Part shown: piece after piece, positions 1 to 14,190 of the stretch
Position numbering within the stretch: the stretch's first letter is position 1
Layout: each line of letters begins with the position of its first letter
Assembly: GCA_965112735.1 (NCBI GenBank)
Contig: OZ218961.1
Location: 2,232,001-2,296,000 of the forward strand
DNA length: 64,000 nucleotides
DNA from: Phaeosaccion multiseriatum
Taxonomy: Eukaryota; Protista; Ochrophyta, other classes
Reading direction: 5' to 3'
The notes under the pieces: model-generated
Database searches by the model: none
Told to the model about the DNA's origin: nothing
What the model saw: only the letters and a program-made list of their open reading frames with translations
Program-made: the position numbers and the translations under genes

Positions 1-595
1 CTCTTGCTACTCCTCCCAGTCCTCCTCCTTCTCCCCCTCCTCCTCCTCCCCCTCCCCCTCCTCCTCCTCCACCACCATCACCACCACCTCCTCCCCCTCC
101 TCCCTCTCCCCGCACTCCTCCTGCTGCCTCTCCTACTATCCCTACTATTGCTGTACCACCAACTTGTGCGGCAGCTGCTGTATTACCAACTGCTGCTGCG
201 GCTGTTGTGGCTCCTGCGTCTCCTCCTAGCCCCCCTCCCCCGGCCCCGGCTGCCCCCTCCGCCCCCTCTCTCCCCTCGTGTTGACCCCCCCGCACCAAGA
301 GGGAGCGAGGTGGTGCTGACGAATCCAAGGGAAGATGCGGTGAGTGAGCTTGCCCCTCGCCCTGTCCCCCGCCTTGCTGCCTCTCCCCATCCACTGCCAT
401 CCTCCCCTCCTCCTCCTCCTCATCATCATCAAGGGCATCCGCCTCGGTGGGGAAGACTTTGTACTTGGTGCTTGCAAGAGACAAAAGACTCTCCTGGGGC
501 AGCGCTCGCTTGGCAATCGCCAGCACTCTCTGGGGTTGGATGAGAGGCGTATGAGGGGATATATATATGCAATATATATATGTAATATATATATA

Positions 596-627
<32 letters not shown>

Positions 628-1178
628 GTGTGTGTATGAGGGAATAGAAGCACACGGGTGGGGAGGTAGAGGCGTAAGGGGGGGTAGACAGAGGCATATG
701 GGCAGGGAGGGAGATGGGGTAGAGGGTAGAGACACATGGCAAGTGGGAGGGCTCTCGCGGCGACCACCCTATTGACATACTACACCCACCCCTTGACATA
801 CTACACCCACCCCTTGACATACTACACCCACCCCTTGACATACTACACCCACCCCTTGACATACTACACCCACCCCTTGACATTTTACACCCACACATTG
901 ACATACTACACCCACCCATTGACATACTACACCCACCCATTGACATACTACACCCACCCTTTGCCATACTACACCCACCCTTTGCCATACTACACCCACC
1001 CTTTGCCATACTACACCCACCTGGCCGCTGGCCTTTTGCATCGTGCGGAGGGAGCGCTTCTTGGGAAACCCCTTCTTGCCGCCACTGCTGCTTGGAGACG
1101 TGGTGATCCGAGTCGTCGCCTCTGTGACGCCCCTCTCCGCCGCTGCTGAAGCAAAAGCCGTCTTGCCCCCTCTTCCTC

Positions 1179-1216
<38 letters not shown>

Positions 1217-1873
1217 CCCTGTTGTCCCTGTACCACCAACTGCCGTACCACCAATGGCTGCCTCGCCCCCTGTCCCTGCTCCTGCCCCTCCTGTATCACC
1301 AACGGCCCCCCTCTCTCCGCGTCCGGTCCTGCAAATGGCACACTAAGCTCCGACTTAACCGCAACAGGCAGCATGGTGGGCATGCTCTTCTCCAACCCAT
1401 CGCCGCCATCTGTGACGACTCCATCGGTTGCCATCCCCATCCCCGTCCCCGTGGAGGAGTGGGTGTACAGGGATGTGTCTCCTGGCGGTGTGTGAGGGGG
1501 TGTACGTGTATACTGCTCCTCCTCGTCACCTCCTTCTTGAGGGGCTGTTGGATCTGTGGGCCCTGCGTACACGGACGGGGTGGTGTTATGCGGAGAGCAG
1601 CGGAGGGCAGAGTATCGAGGGGTTATCATTAGTGTCGAAGGGGTAATGTCGACATTTGGTTAAAAAGTCGAGACGTTCTAGTTGAAAAAGTAGAGACGTT
1701 CTAGGAGGTGGAAGTCGAGGGTTAGGACGGAGGGAGGGAGCACGACAAAAGAGGAGCACCCCTCCACACCTCCCCTTCACACCACTCATACACACACACC
1801 ACTCATACACACACTCAAACACACACACACACTCAAACACACACTCAAACACCCTCGCACACAAACATCCACA

Positions 1874-1938
<65 letters not shown>

Positions 1939-4900
1939 GAAACACACAAGAAACACACACAGAAGAACGTAATTCTCTCAGTTGATTCCCCCAAGTCAAC
2001 GCAGTGCCTCCACAGCCCTCTCAGCCACGGCACTCACCTCCTTGGCTCAGCTCCCCCGCCTCCCATCGTTGCTGCCAATCCTCGACCTCCTCCTTCATAC
2101 CCTTCGCCTCTCTCATCAGTCGCTGCCTCACAGATGGCCAGTCATTCAGGGCGGTTAACAACGCTTCTCGACTGACAGAGGCCAGCTCACAGGGCGATCG
2201 ACACACCGCCGAGCAGGGCTGGAGCGTGTCTTGCATAATGGCGAGTGTTCCGATCAAGCTGTGCTGCTTGAGTACCGAGAAGGAGAAGGTGTTGCTGACC
2301 TCCTCCCCCCCCTGTGCTTCGGCCTCCTCCTCCTGCTGCTGCTGCCGCTTCTCCTCCTCCTCCTCCTCCTGCTGTATCACCAACTGTTCTTGATCATCTT
2401 GTTGTTGTTGTTGTTGTTGTGTTGCCTGTACTGCTGGCCCTCCCTCCAACCCCCCACCTCCTATCCGCCCACCAGACGCCGTCCTAAAAGAAGAAGAAGA
2501 TGATGATGAAGAGACCCCTCCTACACCCCCCCCTCCGACCAAGAAGGCGCGAGACGAATCTCCCATCATGCCCTTGCCTTTCTCGACCCCCGCCACCACA
2601 CCCCCCCGGAGCATACCAAGCCCCCCCTCTGCCGCTCCGATCGCTCCCGTGTACGCCCCCGCCCCCACCGCCACGGCCCCTGCTCCGACGGCGACCGCAC
2701 CCGCACCCACACTGGTGATGAGCTTCATTGACTTATTCATCACCCCCCCGGCCGCGTGGAGGATGGCGGCCGAGCTCAGGACGGAGCCGCCTTGCCCATG
2801 CGCTCCGGCGAGTAGGTCATCGTCGTCTTGCCCATCTGCCTCCACTTCGAGCCCCTCGAGGGTGATGAAGAGCTCCACCTCCCCACTCAGCACAAAGTAG
2901 AGGTCGGTGCCCAAGTCGCCCTGATACTGCAGCACGTCGCCGGGTTTGGCGAGGCAGGGCTTGAGGGAATGGCAAATGTCCGCCACGAAGAGAGGCGGGG
3001 AGGAAGAGAGGAAGAACACGTTTCGCACGAGATGGCGGTGTTCGGCGATGAGCAGAAGGGTCCGGGCAGAGGAGGGGAGGGCTTCGAGGACGGCGGCACG
3101 TTCGAAGACGGACACCGTTTTGAAGAAGTATTTGAAGTGTTTGACGATGCGCGTGGAGAAGGAGGGAGGGAACATGCGACTGCCCAGCCACTGCTTCAGT
3201 CTGTTGGGGTGGGAGGGGGTTGGGAGGGGGTTGGGAGGGGGTGAGTGAGTGTGTGGTTGTGTGTACATGTGTGTATGTGTGTGTGAGCGTGAGTGATATG
3301 TGTGAGTATTTGAGTATGCTTGTTTGTGTGTGTGAGTACATATGCCTCTACACCCATATACCCGTATGCCTGTCTACCCATATACCCATATGCCATATAC
3401 CCATATACCGTATACCCATACGCCTCTATACCCATATACCCGTATGCCTATCTACCCATATACCCATATGTACCTCTCTACCCATATACCCATATACCCG
3501 TATGCCTGTCTACCCATACACCCATCTGCCTGCCGATATGCTTACCTGTCCATCCGCTCCTGCTCAATGGCGGACTGCACGTCAAAGCTCTCCATCATCA
3601 CGCTCACGTTACCCACGATGTAACCGAAGACAGTGGCTCCCTGCAGCACATCGGGACACAGGGAGGGAGTGGGTGAGTAAGCGTTCCCTCCTCCTTCCTT
3701 CCTTCCTTCCTTCCTTCCTTCCTTCCTTCCTTCCTTCCTTCCCTCGCTTGTGAGTGAGTGAGTGAGTGAGTGAGTGAGTGAGTGAGTGGGTGAGTGAGTG
3801 AGTGAGTGAGTGAGTGAGTGGGCGAGTGAGGGAGTGAGGGAGTGAGGTGAGTGAGTGGGTGAGTGAGCAGTACGTAGTAGCACATACCACAAGCATGCCG
3901 AAAAGGCAGAAAGCCCTCTCGAGGTTGTTGGTCACCACGATGTCTCCGTAGCCCACTGGAGGATGGCAGGGGATGGGCAAGGCGTGGCAGTGGACAGGAT
4001 GGCAGTGGATGAGGAATGGACGGCTGAGGAAGTGGGCGTACGGAAAACAACGTTGTGCACCCTTAGGTAGGAAGGCCTTACGTACCCTTACGCAAGACCC
4101 AAAGGTACCCCTCTTACGTACGCTTCATATGTAGGCAAGCTTGACATGTACGTACGTTACGTACGGACGTTACGTACGTACGTTACGTACGTATGTACGT
4201 ATGTACATATGTACTTACCGGTGGTCATGGTGGTGAAGGCCCAATACAGCGAGGTGACGTAGCGCAGTGCCACACTTTCGTCGGCAATCCCATAGCGAGT
4301 GGCCCATGTGATGCCATCCCCCTGGAAGGTGGTGAGATAGTGCCACATGCAGCCCATTATGTGGGCGATGTAGCTCATGTAAAGGATCATCTTGCCCAGG
4401 GACAGCACGGAGGGGTTGATGTTGGTTTCCTCTCCGTCGCTTCTGCCCAGCACCTGTTTGGTTCGAGGCAGGTATGGGAGGGAGGGTGGGAGGGTGGGTG
4501 GGTGGGGGTATATGGGTATATGGGTTGTGTGTGGGAAGAGACGCGACAAGATGTTGTTTTCGAAAGTCAGAGGAGTCAGAGCAAGAGAGAAGAAAACAAA
4601 ACGTCGACACGCAGTTGCTAGGGAGGTAGGTACGTAAGTACATACAGAAGATCTGTAAGTCTTTGGGTGGTAGTAAGGTCGAAAGCGTGTCTCTCTTCAT
4701 ACACATGTCCACGCACACACGCACACACGCACACGCACACGCCAAAACACACACACACGCGAGAACACACACACACGCACTCACACACGCACATGCACAC
4801 ACACACACGCACACACACACGCACACACACACACCTTTCCCAACTTGAAGATTCGCACAAGCTTTAACAAACGTGCCAGCCGCATGATTCGTAGGAGCTT

Positions 4901-5249
4901 TGCCGATCGAAAGACCCCCCCCGTCCCCGCCATCCACTCCACTGGAGCCTCCGGTGAGGGTGGCCAGGTGGTCCACAGGGAGCGTGGATAAGAAGTCTAT
5001 GCAGAACCAGCCACGGAGATATCTGGGGAGAGGAGAGAGGTAAGGGTGAAGGCAGGGGGGGGATGAAGGAGGGCGAGAGAGGATGTGGGAGGGTGAGGGT
5101 GAGGGAGGGAGGGAGGGAGGGAGGGGAAGGGGAAAGTGAGGGAGGGGAGAGGGTGAGGGAGGGTGAGGGAGGGTGAGGGAGGGAGTTGATGGAGAAGGCC
5201 GTGGGTGGGGGAGGTACCACATGCTCACACACGCACACACACGCACGCA

Positions 5250-5281
<32 letters not shown>

Positions 5282-7117
5282 CACACGCACGCACGCACGC
5301 ACGCACGCACGCACACACGCACGTACACACACACCTACCCACCTGTTGCGAATGCTCTTGGCGTTCACCACAATCTCTCCTTCATCATCGAAGAAGGCCG
5401 TGCGGAAGCTGCCGAAGATGTCCAATGTGAAGCAAACGTCAATGATGGCATCAATGACCATGTCCGCCGTAGAGGTCTGAACCTCGAAGCCGATCCGAAA
5501 CGGCACGGTCAGGGTCGAGTAGATGATAAACATGGCGATGGAGAGGTCCCAAACAATCTTGCGCTTTTCCTGGGGGTGGATGATGTGCTTTGTCCCCTCG
5601 GGTAAGGACACGTCCACTTGCTCTGAGGGTTGGGAGATGGCAGTGGATGGGGGCATGAAGGGTGGGGGGGTATGTTCGTTAACGGGGAGGGGGGGATGGA
5701 TAGGGGTGGATGAGGGGGGGGGGATAGGGCCGAGAGAGGGGGTGGAGCAACAATGATGAGTCGTCACTCATCCCTCCCTTCATCCACTGCCATCCTCCCA
5801 GACCGAGGCTTACACACACACACACACACGCACACGCACACGCACACACAAACGCACACACACACAAACGCACACACACACAAACGCACACACACCCACA
5901 CACACACACACACTCCATGATCACTCCTTCCCCTACCACCCCGCCGCACCTTCGTGAAAGTCATCTTCATCGAAGTTCAAGTCCTTGGTGCTCCCCTGAA
6001 ACTCCCCCGGACTCTTCCCCAGAACATTCCACGTCCTTCGCGTGTTGTGTATCCGGTCCGCCAAGTCCCCGAGGGGGAGATTGAAACTCGGAACCTGTTG
6101 GGAACCCTTCCCTCCTACTGGAGATTGTCCGCCCCCTTTCCCTGTACTCCCGCTTGCCCTTCGCCCGTGATGCCCACGCCCAACCCCTGACGCGGCCCCT
6201 CTTGTTGTGCTGCCTACCTCCCTGATCAGGAGGTTCATGTGAATGAGTTCCGCCCTTCGCTTGCTTGTCTCGTGCAACATGGTTCGCTGCTCTGCCCAGC
6301 TCTGATTGGCGTGGAGTCCCCATGCTGAGGCGTCGGCATCGTCTCCAGGCTAGAGGGGAGGAGGAGGAGGAGGAGGAGGAGGAGGAGGAGGAGGAGGAGG
6401 AGGAGGAGGAGGAGGAGGAGGAGGAGGAGGAGGAGGAGGAGGAGGAGGAGGAGGAGGAGGAGGAGGAGGAGGAGGAGGAGGAGGAGGAGGAGGAGGAGGA
6501 GGAGGAGGAGGAGGAGGAGGGAAGGAGGAGGGGAAGAAAGGGAAGGGGAGGGGAGGGGAGGAGAGGGGAAACGGAGGGGAGGGGAGGAGAGGGGAGGGGA
6601 GGGGAGGAGAGGGGAAGTGGAGGGGAGGGGAGGAGAGGGGAGGGGAGGAGAGGGGAAGGGGAGGGGAGGAGAGGGGAGGGGAGGGGAGGAGAGGAGAAGC
6701 GGAGGGGAGGGGAGGGGAGGGAGAGGAGCTTGTGAGTGCGGGTAGTGTATTGGGGAGCTGCTGTTCACATATCGGGGTCATCAGTGAGTGCGTGTGTGTT
6801 TGTGTAGCTGTGTGTGTTTGCGTGTGTATGTGCGTGTGTGCATCTGTGTGGACACGGAAAGAGCCTCTACTCTAACCATATGCCTCTGCTTGGTCATCTG
6901 CTCCTCTGTGTGGTCCTCTGGTCCTTCGCTCCCTTGTACCTCTGGTGATCGGCCCCTATGTCCATATGCCCATATGCCTCTGCTGCCCTGCCCGTATTCC
7001 TGTGCTCAACACCACCCTTTTGTCGGAGACAGAACCTCTACCCTTGTCGGAGACACAAGCTCTGCTCAGAGTACCGAGGCTCGGCGAAGACCCACTTCTT
7101 CATCACTATTCCTACTG

Positions 7118-7201
<84 letters not shown>

Positions 7202-8051
7202 CTACGACAAGTGACTACTGCTGCAACTTTTCCTCTTTTTCCTACTCCTTGGTACTTCGAAGTACTACTTAGCTACCACTATAGTACCACCATAACAATT
7301 CCTGCCGTTACTATGGAAGAAAGAAAGAAAGGAAGGAAGGAAGGAAGGAAGGAAGGAACGGACTCCAACTGATACATCCTCTCTGTTCCACCACCACCAT
7401 CTCCCGCGCCTCAGTGGCCCCCTCCAAGCCCCCATCCGGCACGTCTCTCGCCTTCCCCCCTTCCTCTCTCCCCCCTCCGCAGAGGCACTCTCTCTCCCCT
7501 GCCCATTCCTGTCTCTCCTGCACCCCTCCTCCCTTTCCTTCTCTTCCCTTCCCTCACCTCCCCTTCCTTTCCTTCTCTTCCCTTCCCTTCCCTTCCCTTC
7601 CCTTCCCTTCCCTTCCCTTCCCTTCCCTTCCCTTCCCTTCCCTTCCCTTCCCTTCCCTTCCCTTCCCTTCCCTTCCCTTCCCTTCCCTTCCCTTCCCTTC
7701 CCTTCCCTTCCCTTCCCTTCCCTTCCCTTCCCTTCCCTTCCCTTCCCTTCCCTTCCCTTCCCTTCCCTTCCCTTCCCTTCCCTTCCCTTCCCTTCCCTTC
7801 CCTTCCCTTCCCTTCCCTTCCCTCTCCTCCCCTCCCCTTCCCTCCCCTTCCCTTCCCCTCTCCTCCCCTTCCCTTTCCTTCCCTTTCTTCCGCTCCCTTC
7901 TCCTTCTTTCCCTTACCTTGAACACCTGATTGGAGGCTGCCCGGCGCAGGGCTTGCTCAGTAGAGCTGCGACGGGCTTGCCCCCGTCGGGACTCATCCCT
8001 GTTCTTTCTAATACGCCGCTTGTGCACAGCAGCGGAAATCATAACGCTCAT
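1..8051 (-). CDS. Multi-exon voltage-gated K+ channel with cyclic-nucleotide-binding-homology domain (KCNH/CNG/plant Shaker-like superfamily); outer boundaries uncertain
   Basis: GT-AG exons join as follows: 5622-5343 ([13 protein letters not shown]...PFRIGF...[17 protein letters not shown]1-S2); 5022-4835 ([15 protein letters not shown], then S4 [25 protein letters not shown]); 4453-4219 (S5, [14 protein letters not shown]); 3955-3888 (VGYGD, completing the TTVGYGD filter across the splice); 3640-3546 (S6); 3200-2038 (C-linker and [28 protein letters not shown]). There is an apparent +1 frameshift in the C-run at about 4915-4922. Probable further exons lie at about 5950-6345, 7920-8051, 1021-1680 and below 530. 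Confidence 0.88.
769..1020. repeat. 21-bp intronic minisatellite, about 12 copies (TTGACATACTACACCCACCCC)
   Basis: Direct inspection; it starts at the minus-strand donor near 1020. Confidence 0.95.
3340..3870. repeat. Intronic CCCATATA-type repeats (3340-3520), (CCTT)n (3694-3742) and (GAGT)n (3750-3865)
   Basis: Direct inspection. Confidence 0.9.
6357..7900. repeat. Microsatellite cluster: (GGA)n 6357-6520, (GGGGA)-like to 6720, (CTA)n about 7112-7200, (CCCTT)n about 7575-7820
   Basis: Direct inspection. Confidence 0.95.
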
Positions 8052-10053
8052 AAAGCAGCGAAGATGACAATGACTTCCCTATGCTCTCGTCCCCTCTGCC
8101 TTACTTACAACACAGCAGCAGCAGGGGCGGCGCCAGCAGCCCGCTGCGGCTGCTGCTGCTGCTCTCCCCCCGCACGCCAGCATTCCCTCCTGCCACTCAG
8201 CGGCTCCTCCTTACTCCCTATTTCCACTGCTTTAGCTGCTGCCCCTTCTTTGTTGTGTCGCCATGTACCCTCACTGGGAGCGGAGCCGGCTGAAGAACTC
8301 CACAACTCGCTCCTTCCCCACCGCCTCCACCGCCGCAGCGAGGGCAACAAGCAACCTAGCTGCAGCCGTACCGTACCCCACAGGTCGTGGTCAGGACTAT
8401 ATCTGCGTTGCCTCCCTCCCCGTAGCAGACGGGGCCCTTGCTATATTACTACTGCACCTCTGCGACGGAGTCTCTAAGGCCACCCCTCAATGGGCGTCTT
8501 CCTCCCTCCCTATAAACGATACTCCAACCGCAAGTCCCCAGTTCGCACACAGGCAGTAGTCCTCCTCTAGCAGGAGGACACACAAGCCTTTGCTTTCTCG
8601 CAGGAGGTACACGTCCCTTCTTATGAGGTACCGCCTCTCGTCAGGCCAAACTCAGAAGAAAAAAGTAACTGTAGAGCGGCCATGAAATTGAAACTGGGAG
8701 TTGGAGTGCTTGCTGGAGGGGGCGATTGGGGGCGATAATGGGCAATAATAAAGACAATAACGTTTGTGTGTGTGTGTGTGTGTGTGTGTCAGAACAGAGA
8801 GCTGCACCTGTAGCACAGCACAACACGACCCAAGGAGGACGGACGTGCTTAATGTCATTAATAGGTGGTCCATCCACTGCCATCCCCATGGGGTGGGGTA
8901 CGCTCCGCTCCGCCCATCCACTGCCATCTACCCCGGCAGTTCAGTGTCATTATTACGCTCCTCTCTGCCCGTCCACTGCCATCCACTGCCATCCACTGCC
9001 ACCAGTGGACGGTGATCCCCTCTGTGAAAAAAAAAAAATGCAAATAGGCGAGTGATAAGGAAGAGAGGGGGGGAAAGGAAATAGATCCATCGAATCACCA
9101 ACACGTGTGCATTCCTCTTCGCGAACGCCGAGTGCCACCAGCACAGCTGTAGCGCACCACCGAGCAAAGCTCTCGGCTTCTTGTCGACTTGTCGGGTGGT
9201 CGGGTCGTTGGACTCCCGAAAGTAGCTTCCTACGTCAGTAGCTTCCTCATCGTTCTCCCTGTGTGCTCATTCGAGCCCCACCCCGGCCTCATTTCACTCT
9301 GCGACTCTGCGGGCCTCCCTCCCCCAAGCCATACATGTTGGCGCTTCGGTAGCCGAGTAAGCGTCGCCAAGGAGAGCCCCTCAATTCAAGCTCTGCCTGG
9401 CCGTGCGCGTGTTGCTCCTCTACGCCCCACTCCACAGATGGCAACGACGGATCTCACCAAGAGAGGAAGAGAGAGAGAGAGAGACAGAGCTCCTCAGTGA
9501 GGAGAGGGGAGGTGGGAGCTTTTATCTCACCACCAGCCCCTGGGGGGGGGGGGTAGGTTGTCCCTGGTGCGAGCAAACCATCGCTCACGCACACGTGCAC
9601 ACACCCACACGCGCACAGTTACACGTCTGTATATACTTCCGCGGGGAAGTAGTAGGGAAGCATCTGGTGCCATGCGAAGAAGCTGGTGCCATGCGGAGTA
9701 GCTGGTGCCATGCTGCCATAGCCAAAGAGTGCGATCAGAGGTCAGACAGACAGACAGACGGGTGGTGAGGATGGAGAGGTGAGGTGCTGCTGTAGTGCCT
9801 TGCTGGGACGAACACGTGTTACTCGCTGCATGTCCTCGAAAGGAGGTAGAAATGCTTGCTGCAAGTCCTTTGATGAAGGGAGGTAGAAATGCTTGTAATG
9901 CACGCCCTTGATGAAAGGAGGTAGAATGATGCTTCCTTTCTCCATCTTGTGAGGACGTAGGCCCGTTGGTGATTCCTCTCTTCATCGTCCTGAGAGGACG
10001 TGGTGATGCTGCTTCATCGCCTTGTAAGGTGGTAGAGCTGTCGCTCCCTCTCT

Positions 10054-12861
10054 TCATCGCCTTATAAGGACATAAAGATGCTGCTGCATCTCCTTTCCTG
10101 AGCTGAACATTTGAGGGACGTGTTCCTGGGTATGGTGGGGGACACAACACACACACACATGGGGATAGAGGGGAGGGAGGATGAAGAGGTAGAAATAGAG
10201 AGGGACGGAGAGAGAGACACACAGAGAGAGGGGATGGAGGATAGAGAGGATAGAGAGGATAGAGAGGAGATAGAGAGGAAAGAAGGGAAGAGTGAGGGGG
10301 ATAAAAGAGGGGAAGGGGAAGCGGGAGGTAGACAGCCTCCGCCCGTATCACCCTCCTACACTGTGTTATACTTCCCCTGTGTCCTCATGTACCACTTCCG
10401 CGCACGCACCCACGCACGCACCCACGCACCGAGAGAATGTGCTTAGCGGGCCCGAAGCCGTAACGTTCCTCCGCGAGACGGAAGAAGTTCAAGTCTTCTT
10501 GTTCACAGCCGGGGATGTGGTGCGCGAAGCAAACCAGCATCTGAGGGGGGGCGAGGAGAGGGAGGAAGGGAGGGAGGGAGAGAAGGGGTCACAGTGGCGG
10601 CGTACGGCGTTGATGAGCGGAGGAAGCACTGACAAGCCAGCACTGGCAGTGTCTGGAGCGGCATGTGCATGAGGCGATATGCGCCCATGTCGATATGCGC
10701 CGAGGTCACGGATAGAAGCCCCCCCCACCTTTCTCTGTCTCACTTCCCTCCCTACCTCCTCTCTCCGCCTCCCTACCTCCCTCCCCCCCCCCTTTCTCTC
10801 ATCCCTCCCTCCCTCCCTCCCTCCCTCCCTCCCTCCCCTCCCGCTCTGTCTCACCTGCCCCCCCGGCTTGAGCAAGCGTCTGACGGATTGCAGTAAAGGC
10901 TCGTGCTGATCGTGGAGCCACATACATTCACTGAGAATGGCGAGGTCAGCCTTGCCTCCACCCTTCGGCGGCGTCACCAACTGCTGTGCCGCCAACTGCT
11001 GTATAACCAACTGCTGCTGCTGCTGCTGCCCAACCCCTGCAGAGCAGAGCAGAGTAAGGGAGTAACGCCCCTCCCCCAGGGGGGAGCGAGGGAGGGAGGA
11101 AGGGAGGGAAGGGGGGAGGGGGGCAGGCAGGGGGGGAGGGGGGCGGAGCGATACATAGCGAGAGGGAGCAAGAGAAAGAGGGGGAAAAGGGAGGAAGAGA
11201 GAGAGAGTGAGAAAGAGACAGAGACGGAGCGAGTAGGCAGGAACGCTGCACATGTGACCCTAAACTAGAAACTGGGGCGTGGCCATCGCCTCGCGTGAAG
11301 GTGTACTGCGCTCCAGAGAACGCAGGCTAAGTAAGAATGTCCGTAAGAATAAGTAAGAATAAGTAATAGTACTTCAGTAGTACGTACAGGACATCGTGTC
11401 TCTCTGAGCCAAACAAGACAGTGCAACCTTTAGGCTGCGCGACATACACCCCCACCCACCCCATTCGCTTGACATCCCTACTCACTCACCCACCCACCCA
11501 CGCACTCACCCACCTACTCGCTGCACACCCCTACTCACTCACCCACCCTCGCACTCACCCACCCATTCGCTTCACACCCCTACTCACTCACCCACCCTTG
11601 CACTCACCCACCCATTCGCTTCACACCCCTACTCACCCACCCACCCACGCACTCACCCACCCATTCGCTTGACATCCCTACTCACTCACCCACCCTCGCA
11701 CTCACCCACCCATTCGCTTCACACCCCTACTCACTCACCCACCCACCCACGCACTCACCCACCCATTCGCTTGACATCCCTACTCACTCACCCACCCTCG
11801 CACTCACCCACCCACTCGCTTCACACCCCTACTCACTCACCCACCCACCCACGCACTCACCCACCCATTCGCTTGACATCCCTACTCACTCACCCACCCT
11901 CGCACTCACCCACCCACTCGCTTCACACCCCTACTCACTCACCCACCCACGCACTCACCCACCCACTCGCTTCACACCCCTACTCACTCACCCACCCACG
12001 CACTCACCCACCCACTCGGTTTACACCCCTACTCACTCACCCACCCTCGCACTCACCCACCCATTCGCTTCACACCCCTACTCACTCACCCACCCACGCA
12101 CTCACCCACCCACTCGCTTTACGCCCCTACTCACTCACTCACCCACCCACCTACTCGCTTCACACCCAACCCTCGGAGCCAACCCGTGACACCCTCTCTT
12201 TCATTAGCACCAATACGTGACCTCACGAACCTGCCGGATGCCCCTCTCCTCCTCCTCCTCCTCCTCCTCCCAGCGCCAGCTCCACCTCCGAAGTATCTCC
12301 CCCCCAGAGCAGCCCCACCACCGCCGTCTCAGTCGTTACATACGTTACAGCCACCGCCGGACCCTCTATCTCTGGCCTGCTGGAGGCGGGGCATGAGACA
12401 GGGCTGGGCGCCCCCGCTGCTGGAGGCGCACTCGTCGCCCCCTCCTCCTCCTCCTCCTCCTCCTCCTCTCCCACCACCTCCTCTCCCTCCGCCTCCTCCC
12501 CCCCCCCCTCCTCCTCCTCCTCCTCCTCCTCCTCCTCTCCCACCTCCTCCTCTCCCTCCGCCTCCTCTCCCTCCCCCTCCTCCTCCTCCTCCTCCTCCTC
12601 CTCCTCCTCCTTCTCCTTCTCCTCCTCCTCCTCCTCCTCCTCCTCCTCCTCCTCCTCCTCCTCTTCCTCCTCCTCCTCCTCTTCCCCCCCTCCCTGCCGC
12701 TGTACCGCCAAATGCTGTGCTTGCCTCTCCTCCTGCGTATCAGGACCCGCCATAGCTCTCAACAGGCTGGCGACGTTGTGTCTGATGTTGTCGAGGAGTT
12801 CCGGGTCGGGATAGTCCGTCACCACAACCCGAGCCGCGCCCAGCCTGCCCCCCCCCCCCCC

Positions 12862-12895
<34 letters not shown>

Positions 12896-13809
12896 CATGT
12901 ATACACACACCGAGGGACCCGCATCACATTCGATGAATATGAGTATGCGCTTCTTCGGACGCCTTCGAAGCCCACGTCGCTTCATACTACATGTACCATC
13001 TATGTCTTCAGCAGGGGCGAATACTTCGGTAAGATAGGAATACAGGTGTCATGGTCGGTAGGAAGGCAAGCTTGCATGCGGCGGCACAGTGCTGTTACCT
13101 GATGCACACGAGGGATGGCAGCGCACAGGCGGCACCAAGCTCCACAACCACCTTCCCCCGCACCATGTCCAGCCCACAAGCCTCGGAGCTCAGGTAGCGG
13201 GAGATTGTCTCCGCTCCTGGACGGCCGTGGATGGCAGTGGGTGGTAGTACATGGCAGTATAGCAGTGGATATTTAGTGGATGGCAGTGGGTGGTAGTACA
13301 TGGCAGTATAGCAGTGGTTATTTAGTGGATGGCAGCATATGGCAGGCCGTACGTGACGGGGAACGGGCGCGAGGGCGAGGGGGAGAGAGGGAGAGGGTGG
13401 GAGGGCGGCGCATCGTATAGAGGCATACCCCCGATCCTCTCGGCATAAGGGACGCTCTCCTGCTCGCTCGGGAGAGACCATCGAGGAGTATCGACGGCGC
13501 CTCTGCAGGCCTATCCTGTTCTGTTCTGTTCATTAGAATCTATCCCAACCAACCTCCAAAATAACACGATCCGCAATACCGATTCAAAATCACAGGCTTA
13601 TTTATCCCTATTGACAGGAGGCATCCCCCATGACAAGATCAAATGCCAGACAGCAAGCACACGCACACACACGCGGCTCGGGTCTTACCTCTCCACAAGT
13701 GGTTGGCAAAGAGATTGGTGCCGGCGCTGTTGCTATGGGTCACTCGTACTGAGTACCCCACGCCCGCCACCTCTACCTGCGTACACACGCACACAACACA
13801 AACACGCAT

Positions 13810-13851
<42 letters not shown>

Positions 13852-14190
13852 ACACACACCCAAACATACACATGCACAGAGAGAGAGAGACCGCTCCATG
13901 TGAGGGGCGCCGCGAAGCGTAGGGAGGGAGGGAGAAGAGCGGCAGATCCTTGCTTGGCCACCCCGTCCAATATGACGGCCACCCCATCCCCTCTCCAGGG
14001 ATTCGTTCCTCTCTCTGCTCCATCTCACCTGCAGGTCCTGAAAGCTCCCTGAGTGGTCCCAGCCATCCTTGCCCCACTCCTGGCCGTCTTCCCACCCTGC
14101 GTCTCTCTCCTCCTTTTCGAACATGTGCCCCACCCCTTCAAGCGAGTCGCCATCCCCCTCCTCTGCTTTGCTGGCTGCGTCCCCTGCCAT
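10054..14190 (-). CDS. Class I SAM-dependent protein-lysine/N-terminal methyltransferase, family 16 (EFM7/NNT1-like), 7 exons
   Basis: Exons 14190-14029, 13776-13689, 13216-13099, 12844-12231, 11036-10855, 10540-10430 and 10125-10054 have GT-AG borders. Motifs: LFANHLWRGA, KVVVELGAACALPSL (motif I), VVVTDYPDPELLDNIRHNV, LLWG, DLAILSECMW...HEPLLQSV..LL, CFAHH....EDLNFF. The stop follows ...YVLIRR. Confidence 0.88.
11450..12165. repeat. Complex intronic minisatellite with a unit of about 39-43 bp (CACTCACCCACCCATTCGCTTCACACCCCTACT...)
   Basis: Direct inspection; it lies in methyltransferase intron 4. Confidence 0.9.

Noticed and set aside
1291-1303. Resemblance of TATCACC to the phage lambda operator half-site
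   Set aside because: It is a 7-bp coincidence with no dyad partner or phage context.
4910-4925. Programmed frameshift or pseudogenisation of the K+ channel (also the frame switch near 27125)
   Set aside because: The shifts fall in C/G homopolymer runs with intact coding on both sides, so they are most likely assembly indels. This needs read support to confirm.
9527-10351. 274-aa minus-strand ORF as a separate gene
   Set aside because: It overlaps the last intron, last exon and 3' region of the methyltransferase in another frame and has no recognisable domain.
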